Source of the DNA: Macrostomum lignano
Lineage: Eukaryota
Reading direction: 5' to 3'
Length of the DNA: 37,289 bases
Assembly (NCBI GenBank): GCA_002269645.1
Contig: NIVC01004713.1
Coordinates: 1-37,289, forward strand
The position numbers and the translations under genes are program-made. Below the pieces are notes generated by a model that did not search any database, was not told the origin of the DNA, and was given only the letters and a program-made list of their open reading frames with translations. Position 1 is the first letter of the stretch, and every line of letters starts with the position of its first letter. Shown piece after piece: positions 23,815 through 32,558 of the stretch.

Positions 23815-23910
23815 CCCTTTCTCTCTCTATATATCTCTCTCTTTCTCTCTCTTTCTTTCTCTCTCTCTCTCTTTCTCTTTCCCTCTAATCTCACACTCTG
23901 TCTCTCAGAG
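23815..23910. repeat. (CT)n-rich microsatellite
   Basis: Direct reading. Confidence 0.85.
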
Positions 23911-26035
23911 GATTATCATTTTTATTGATATTTAGCTAGTTTCTCACTGTCACACTGTCCCACATTCTGCAAATCTTAATATGGTTATCGGCACATCATC
24001 TTTGCTACGCGAGAAATGCTGTCTCTCCTTGCCCAGGCCAAAGGTCTTGGTGTGTGGCAGTCTTAGTCATGTCATGTGCCACTTAGCCTATGCTCAAAAT
24101 AGAACACTTTTTGGATTGGATTTAGCATTCAATTTTCTATAAAGTGAATATAAACATAAATCAGACATAAATCAGTAAAATATATATAGGCCTAGTTGAA
24201 CAAAATATGCTCCTTTGGTAATACTAAACTACCTAGGCCTATTATATTAGATAATTTAGATTTCAGAATCATCAGCTCAACAAAATCTTTTAACTGAATG
24301 CACAAAAAAGGTCGAAAAAACTAAGACAAACGCCGCAAACCTAGACTAGAGCCCATTTATAGCCTAATAGGCCTAATCACAACGTGGGTGTGTTAATTTG
24401 ATAGGCTTTGTTTCATTTACTTAGCCCAGTGATTTATAATTATTTAAGGCATAGTCAAGACACGACCAAATTCTTATTAGGTTATAATGCCACATAAGCC
24501 ACGTGTTTTATTTTCTAATCAGCCGCTAAAGGCGCGATTGCTATTTCTTTTCTAAGCGTAAATAGCTTGATTGCAAAATTGCCACTGCCAGAAAGATCGC
24601 TTCACGCACGCGCGCGCTATAGGCTGCGTGGATGGGGGTAACGATATCTAAGAAAGTATACCCTAAAAGGAAGAAATAGAAAAATTACGTTTTCATATGT
24701 TTAACTCTTTCTTTTTGATATTCATAGAATTAGTTAAAGAAAGCAATTAAATTATTAGAAATCAATCAATTTATCTAAGTTCTAAGAAAGCAATGGTTTG
24801 ATTTATTCTTTTGCATTAGTGGATTGAATTTAATTTGTATATTTTCTGAGAATAGAGAAAAATCCATAAATCAGAGACATAAATCACATCACGATCTCAC
24901 TAGTGATTCACTGAGGTTGAAACTATATTTTTATAGTCGAGGTAGCCAGGTAGATTAGTTATTTTGTAGTGTGTCTATGTCTAGACTACTCCAATGCTGT
25001 ATCTAGTAGCTCAGTAGCTGCTGAGTCAAGAAATTCCTTTTGAAGTTTTTCCAGTTTTTTAAAGTATGGGCCTGGCTTCCTGGCTAGCTATGTGCCTGCT
25101 TGCACTGTGAGTGGGAGTAGACTGTAGAGTATAGGCTCATAGAGCCATACACTATGACTTATTCTAAGGCTAGGCCTATATTATAGTAGGCCAATGTTAT
25201 AGGCTCAGGCCTTTTAATATATCAAAATATAAGTTTAACTAATTTTTTTGTTTCAAGTAATAGTAGGCCTAAAATGTATGCACCATGCTCTATTTTAATT
25301 TATTAACTAATCTTAAACTTATAGTCTTTAAATTACACGATCACTAAGGCCTTTACTAATACTAATATATGTAGGCCTATTACCTATATAGTAGATAATT
25401 TTTTGAGACAGTTATTTTAAAGATATAAATCTATATAATATAGGCATACATATAATGATATATAGCTACCTAGTTACTGATATTTCATAATGTATATTTA
25501 GCTTTAATAAGGGAAAACACCTTACCTATAATTATTAATATAATTAAACAAGAATAACAAAATATGCCATTGGAGGATTAAGGTTATAAAATAACTATAC
25601 TAGGTAATGTTTGAATAAGATCCCAATATTATTTGATCCCAAAGCTCCATCTCGATAATTATAATTAAAGGTTATAATATTGCCCAAAATGAAAAAGAAT
25701 GAATCCCATCCTATTACTAAGAAAATGCAATATAGCTGAGCATTTAATATATTTAGATCTTAGCACCAACTGATATACTCATAATTCATACCATTACTTG
25801 TAAATTTTTCAACTGTAGGTAATGCAATTTGAATCACAAGGCCCCATGCCAGCTTAGGCTGGTGAAGAGAGAGTAAAGAGTTATATCTAGAGTTGAATTA
25901 ACACTGTCACTTGTTAGCCACTGGTTTTAGGGCAGAAACTTCAACATGTTACTGAGTATGCTTGTTTCCATTGCCTAAATGTCCATGTCCTAAGTATTCT
26001 AAGGGCAGAGATTTGTCACAGATTTCAGAACAGCC

Positions 26036-29000
26036 ATGCACGGCAGACCCCGAGTTCGCACAACAGAAGAGCAACGAGCCGCTAAGGCTAAAGAGCGTGC
26101 AGCCAAAGTAATTGAATATCGAGCAGCTATGGATGATGCAATGCGGCTGAGACAGTTGTGCCAAGATTCTCTGGCCGGCTTAGAACCAGATGAAAGGCGC
26201 AAAAATCGGGAACAACTTCTGCGAGTGACACAGGCTCTACTTCAGGTATTCAATTTTCTTATCCAGCTGTATTGAAGTTAAATGTGAGCTAGTAGAAATT
26301 CACTTTGTCATCTTGTGATTCTCGCTACTGAGGTGAGATTTACCTATCCTAATCCTCACTCCCGATTGGGTGAGATTCTCATAGATAGATGTGTTTCTCA
26401 CATATCACTTTTTCGTCGTTTTTCGAAGATCTCTCAACAACTAAGTGCGGTTGTCCTAACTCTCACTTAAAAGAGATGGGAGTTGCTCCATTCAGAGCGA
26501 GAATCTTGTTTTTTTGAAAGGGTGATTCTTGTAGATCTCACTCAACTAACTGTGAGATTCTTGTAGATCTTACTCAAGTTACTCAACTAACTGTGAGATT
26601 CTTGTAGATCTTACTCAAGTTACTCAACTAACTGTGAGATTCTTGTAGATCTTACTCAAGTTACTCAACTAACTGTGAGATTCTTGTAGATCTTACTCAA
26701 GTTACTCAACTAACTGTGAGATTCTTGTAGATTGCACTCAGGGGGCCGTAGCCCAGCGGTAGCGCAGCTGCTCTGGTGTGCCAGCGACCCAGGCTCGATT
26801 CCAAGTGCAGTCACATTAATTTGGGGCTGAATTGGAATCTCGGCTTGGCTCTGCTCGTGCAATTAACGGCCTTGAGGGCCAACCCCCAAGGCGCAGTGAA
26901 GTGTACATGCCTAACGATAAAATAAAGTTAGGGCCGCTGTACAATCCTGTGTGAGTGTGTGCCTGCGTACGTATCCGCGCGCTTGTATGCCTGCTCAGGG
27001 GAGTCGGCGGAATGGGCAGTAATGCCTCTCGCCGGTTGTGTGACAATGTCGCTTAAAGTGCGCCAGGGTGCACACAACCCCCCTGCCTCTAATAAAAAAA
27101 AATGTAGATCGCACTCAAGTTACTCAACTATCTGTGAGATTATTGTAGATCTTACTCAACCAACTGTGATTTTCTTGTATATCTCACTCAATTAACTGTG
27201 AGATTCCTCTAACTCTATAAATCTCGCTTCAAAGAGATCAGATTATCCTAACTCTCGATCTCATTCCAAATTGATTTGCTGCTCCAAGATTTGCCGCCTA
27301 CATGTAAACTCGTGCCTCCCTACGTATTTACTGTCAGGCCAACCCGGACATTGGCACCCTGTGGGCGGCCAGACGGGAGACACTGCAGCAGATAGAACAA
27401 CAGCAACAACAGCAGCAGCAAGAACAACAGCAGCAGCAAGAACAACAGAAGCAGCAAGAACAACAGAAGCAGCAAGAACAACAGCAGCAGCAAGAACAAC
27501 AGCAGCAGCAAGAACAACAGAAGCAGCAAGAACAACAGAAGCAGCAAGAACAACAGAAGCAGCAACAGCAGCAGCAATCAGACGAAGCAATTGTTGCCCA
27601 ATTAAGCAACGAGCTGCAATTAACCGCCGCCTGTCTGATGCAGAATCCCAAATCCTACGGTGCCTGGCATCACCGAGCCTGGACGCTGGACCGTCTGGGA
27701 GTCAGCCGGGCCGACTTAGCAGGGGAGCTGCGACTCACTAGGCAGTTTCTGCAGCGAGACGAGCGCAATTTCCACTGCTGGGATCACAGGCGTCACGTGT
27801 GTCGCCTTGGCGGCGTGCCGGCTAGCGAAGAGCTGGCGTTCTCGGATAAACTGCTGACAGCCAATATGGGCAACTTCAGCGCCTGGCATTATCGATCCAG
27901 GCTGCTGCTGGCCCAGACTGATGGAGGACTGACTGCCCAGACCAGAAAGCAAGGAGGGGCCCGTTTAGACGCAGAAATTGAAGCAATTTGAAGAGTTCTA
28001 TGTAGCACCTGACTCGCTGTTGACCCACTAATGACTAATCTAATAGTGGCTGCTGTTGACCCACCAATCTAATAGTGGCTGCTGTTGACCCACCAATCTA
28101 ATAGTGGCTGCTGTTGACCCACCAATCTAATAGTGGCTGCTGTTGACCCACCAATCTAATAGTGGCTGCTGTTGACCCACCAATCTAATAGTGGCTGCTG
28201 TTGACCCACCAATCTAATAGGGCTGCTGCTGACCCACCAATCTAATAGGGGCTGCTGTTGACCCACCAATCTAATAGTGGTTGCTGTTGACCCACCAATC
28301 TAATAGTGGCTGCTGTTGACCCACCAATCTAATAGTGGCTGCTGCTGACCCACCAATCTAATAGTGGCTGCTGTTGACCCACCAATCTAATAGTGGCTGC
28401 TGTTGACCCACCAATCTAATAGGGGCTGCTGCTGACCCACCAATCTAATAGTGGCTGCTGTTGACCCACCAATCTAATAGTGGCTGCTGTTGACCCACCT
28501 ATCTAATAGTGGCTGCTGTTGACCCACCAATCTAATAGTGGCTGCTGTTGACCCACCAATCTAATAGTGGCTGCTGTTGACCCACCAATCTAATAGTGGC
28601 TGCTGTTGACCCACCAATCTAATAGTGGCTGCTGTTGACCCACCAATCTAATAGTGGCTGCTGTTGACCCACCAATCTAATAGGGACTGCTGTTGACCCA
28701 CCAATCTAATAGTGGCTGCTGTTGACCCACCAATCTAATAGGGGCTGCTGTTGACCGTATGTATCTGATGGGTAGGTCATGTTGACTTAGATGTATTTGA
28801 CAAGGTCCTACTAGAACTGTTTCCACCCCTAGCAACTAAACCCGCTGATTCGCTATATCCGTGCACACCCGACAGGCGCGAGCTGGACACGGCTCTCTCG
28901 GCGATGTTCAGCGACCCGGCGGACACGGCGCCCTGGGCCTACTACCGCTGGCTGATGTCGCCGCCTAGCGAGCCCCAGCGGCTTCTGTGGCTGCGCTATT

Positions 29001-29923
29001 TATCGAGAAACGATAAATCCGACAATACAGACTGGGACAATGACGAAAATGTTTCCAGCTGCGTTCTGATGTGTCTCAGCCGGCCAGTTACTAAGGCCTG
29101 GCTAGCTAAGCTGCTCGACATTCGACTGTTACCAGCTGGCAATAATGGCGACGGTTGCAGACTTGAGGCCGAGGATCCGGTGCCTGTGGCCGCCGTGTCC
29201 GGCTGCGGCTCCGCCAACCCGGCTGCTCATCTCTGGCGCCTGCCGATCAAGGCCGCTGACGGCGTCGAAGTTATTCGCGTCTCAGTCGGCGCCGATTCGA
29301 CGCTGATGAGTTCGACTGTGTCGACCGCGGCGCCTGGCAGACTTCGATTGCTGCCGTCGCCGACACAGCCGTCGGCAGTCGACGAAGCGCTTCGATCCGA
29401 GCAGCTCAATTTGATTCGTCAGCTCAACGAGTTGGCCGGCGACTCTCGACAGGGTCTGCTGACCGAGGCCGCCCTGCTGCCGACGCCGGCCGAGGCTTTG
29501 CCGCTGCTGGATCGGCTGGCGCAGCTGGACCCCACCCGCTCGGGGGCCTACGGTCACGCCCGCAGCCGCCTCGCTGTCCGAGCTCGCCTACAGGAGGCCA
29601 AGTCCGAGCCAGAGACGCTGAGTCTGGCCGGTCTGGGCCTCACAGCTCTGCCACTAATGCACGAGTTTGCTTTCGTGTCCGAGCTGGACCTGTCCGACAA
29701 CCGCCTGACCCGTCTGCCCGGCCAGGTGGCCGGCCTGCAGCTCTTGCAAACTCTGGACGCCCGCCGGAATCGGCTGGCCGACGCAGACGCCTGCCGACCT
29801 CTGGCCGCGTGTCGGCGTCTTCGCGTTTTGCGCCTGACCGGCAATCCTCTGGCCGAGGAGGCCGCCGCATTGGCTGAACTGTCCGGCCAGCTGTCCGAAC
29901 GTGTCCGGATTGAGTTGGATTAG
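26036..29923 (+). CDS. RABGGTA: Rab geranylgeranyltransferase type II alpha subunit (PFTA repeats, Ig-like region, LRR), about 622 aa
   Basis: Exons 26036-26245, 27338-27948 (donor uncertain) and 28876-29923. Motifs MHGR..., ANPDIGTLW, NPKSYGAWHHR, DERNFHCWDHRR, NFSAWHYRS, DPADTAPWAYYRW and C-terminal LRRs (LDLSDNRL, LDARRNRL, LRLTGNPL). Confidence 0.93.
26530..27200. repeat. 41-bp minisatellite in RABGGTA intron 1, interrupted by a SINE
   Basis: TGTGAGATTCTTGTAGATCTTACTCAAGTTACTCAACTAAC at 26551, 26592, 26633, 26674 and 26715; resumes after 27103. Confidence 0.93.
26741..27102 (+). mobile_element. Full-length tRNA-derived SINE (second family, 362 bp) with poly(A) tail and 15-bp TSD
   Basis: A-box TAGCCCAGCGG, B-box GGCTCGATTCC and tail AATAAAAAAAAA. 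TSD TGTAGATTGCACTCA (26726-26740) and TGTAGATCGCACTCA (27103-27117). Confidence 0.88.
27398..27577 (+). repeat. Coding 18-bp repeat (CAAGAACAACAG(C/A)AGCAG) giving a 60-aa Q/E/K tract in RABGGTA
   Basis: In frame between ...RRETLQQIE and SDEAIVAQLSNEL. No GT donor inside, so not a canonical intron. Confidence 0.85.
28040..28757. repeat. 29-bp minisatellite (GCTGCTGTTGACCCACCAATCTAATAGTG), about 25 copies, in RABGGTA intron 2
   Basis: Direct reading. Confidence 0.97.
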
Positions 29924-30054
29924 GGTGCAACTGTGGCAATTGGCGCATGCTATAAGTCGCTATTGGGCGAAACAATTGTCACGTGACAGAATCTTTTCTA
30001 AAGGAGTGTCTCCCTTTCTTAGTTCCAAGTGTTTCTCGGCGAATTGCTCTCCCT

Positions 30055-30416
30055 AACTTTAGTCGTAGCCCTAGCCGTAACCATAGTCCTAGCCGGAACC
30101 TTAGCCGTAACCTTAGCCCTAGCCCTAGCCCTAGCCGTAACCATAGTCCTAGCCGGAACCTTAGCCGTAACCTTAGCCCTAGCCCTAGCCCTAGCCGTAA
30201 CCATAGTCCTAGCCGGAACCTTAGCCGTAACCTTAGCCCTAGCCCTAGCTGGAACCCTAGCCGTAATCACAGGCCTAGCCGTAGCCCTAGCCGTAACCCT
30301 AGCCCTAGCCGTATCCATAGCATTATCCCTAGCCGTAACACTAGCCCTAGCCGTAACCATAGCCGTAGCCCTAGCCGTAACCCTAGCCCTAGCCGTATCC
30401 ATAGCATTATCCCTAG
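30055..30416. repeat. Telomere-like hexamer array (CCCTAG/CCGTAG/CCGTAA/CCTTAG) with a 60-bp higher-order unit, left arm
   Basis: 6-bp periodicity; the sequence repeats with a 60-bp period over about 30065-30245. Confidence 0.9.
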
Positions 30417-31058
30417 TTGTTGTTGTTGTTAATTCCCGGCCGGGTTAATATCCGGGGGCGGGTTTGCGCCCCTACCGCCTGGAGGAAGTGCAGTGCGCGC
30501 GGGCCGTCGTCGTGGAGGATGGCCAGCGTCGGGTTCTCGCCCAGAATTTGTCGTCTGGTCTCGGTCGTGGCGCGACATTCCAGGAGCAGGTGTTTGAGGT
30601 CCTCCGGGGCCTCCCCGCAGGCCGGGCAGGTGGCCTCCGGTTCCAGCCCGATGCGGTGCCGATACTGTCGGAGTATCGGGCAGTGGCCAGAGCGTAGTTG
30701 GGCTAGCAGGACTCTGTCCTTACGGTTCATGGAGGTTTGCTGTTTGGGTCGTCGGCCGTTGATGCAGGTGCGGTGGATGCTGCAGTGCTCGTTTGTCTCA
30801 TACGATCGGATGAAGTCGTTGTGGGCCGTCGCCAGAATGGCAGAGCGTGCGCTGCGGTGATCCAGGGGTGCGTTGGTCTGATCAAGGGTGGCAGCAGCGC
30901 GGGCAGTGGCATCGGCGAGATCGTTGCGACGAAGGTCGCAGTGGCCCGGGATCCATTGCAGGGTCACGTGATGGCCAGGCGGGAGGCGTCCCAAGATGCG
31001 CAGTATGTCGCGGCAGCAAGGGGAGAGCCGCGGGCTTGGGCCGCCTTTGGATAGAAAT
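30417..31058 (-). mobile_element. 5'-truncated non-LTR retrotransposon (RNase H C-terminal half plus C-terminal Cys/His knuckle; I-group-like) with (AAC)n tail
   Basis: ORF reads TLQWIPGHCDLRRNDLADATAR (RNase H) then LAQLRSGH...CPACGEAPEDLKHLLLEC and ends in (AAC)n. Flanked by TTATCCCTAG at 30407-30416 and 31059-31068. Confidence 0.9.
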
Positions 31059-31200
31059 TTATCCCTAGTCGTAGCCCTAGTCGTAGCCCTAGCCGCCATT
31101 ATCCCTAGTCGTAGCCCTAGCCGTAGCCATAGCCCTAGCCCTAGCCGTAACCGTAGCCCTAGCCATAACCGTAGCCGTAACCCAATCCCTAACCTTGAGT
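31059..31200. repeat. Telomere-like hexamer array, right arm
   Basis: Same CCCTAG/CCGTAG/CCGTAA units, including one true CCCTAA near 31187. Confidence 0.88.
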
Positions 31201-32558
31201 AAACCCCAACTCTCAATCACATCACCAACTTTGTGCTAACTAGAGAAAGCCAAATTTGAGCTTCAATTATTTATCTCGTAAATTGAAATTATTGCGCTTA
31301 TGAGCTACCAGTGTTCCTAGATGTGCCATCAGATGCACTGCAATACATGCAAACCAATTTGATCTGTTGGCTCTTCTAATTAACCTTTGCTTGTTTCCCT
31401 TGCTTTATTTTGCATAGCGAGTGGCAATAAATTATGAGCAAATTTGTTATACTGATAAATGTAGTAAATTAGACACATCAGTATGTGTCATTTCAAAGTC
31501 AATTTCTATCCAAAAAGTGGTCAATTTTAGTAATGGTTAAATTTATTTAAATTGTACGAGTCGTTTTGGTAGGAAAGAACAATACAACACTTGAAATATA
31601 GGTCAACCTCAGAAGTTGGATTAGAGGGGTTGAATAATTCTTTAATAATTAATTGAATTAATAATAATAATATAATGTAAACGACCAGTTTAATACAAGT
31701 GCCGATATAGTTTCTTTATTTAAGAAAGCACACGATAAAATAGCATATTTTACGTTAATGAGTCAGTCTGTAATTACTCGAGAGAACAGCTTTGTCAGTT
31801 GTAAAAAAGCAATTGTTTAGGCGCCAGGACTAGAGAGTAAATTTTTTTAAACAAGCTTTCGGTTTTGAATCCAGATCCAGACAGTCGTGCATGGGCGCAG
31901 AAATTGAAAAAAAATTAAAGCACAAATCTTGCTACTCTTTAGTAGTTAGCATGATTTTAGTATACATTTTATGATATATATGTGTAAATCTAAAAAAACT
32001 ATATTAGTACATGGGTAGCAATGACTAGAACAAATGTATGCGTATGAACAAAAATAAACCACAGCAACTGTTAAGAGTTCGAAAGGCTCTGCAAAAATTA
32101 ATTGTTTCATAAATGGTTATCCAACTCTACTTACAGAAAAGCACGCAGCCAACATGGAAATTTATCATTGCACAACAAAAAGCACAGCCAACACAAAATT
32201 GTACTTCTTATTCTTTTAATCGAGTCCCAAATAAATTCTGCTTCTGCAACAGAGTTGAAAAAATCCAAGCAAAAGTTTAGTAAAAGGTACACGCACAAGC
32301 CAAAACCATAATGCAATACTTTATCAATTTGTTATCGTAATCGCGGTTACCTAGGAGACAAAGAAAAGCTCCAATTGGGAGAACAAAAAAGTTGGTTTCT
32401 TGGAAATCCGTGGAATTTTATTAAACGGAACAAATGGGAAAATTTTAATAGATAAAAATGTAATACTCAACAAGCGCAATATGCTACATACGCTACTTGT
32501 GCAGTAGTAAAGTTAGTAGCGTGTTAACTTCTCTCCGTATTTGAATAGCCATTGCGGA

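Noticed and set aside
26980-27060. HDV-like ribozyme resemblance (GGCGGAATGGGC) in the SINE body
   Set aside because: I could not assemble the nested double pseudoknot. An Infernal/RNArobo search would be needed.
29983-30432. SR/CTD-like ORF (SPSRN repeats)
   Set aside because: A by-product of the hexamer array; it starts at GTG and has no non-repetitive domain.
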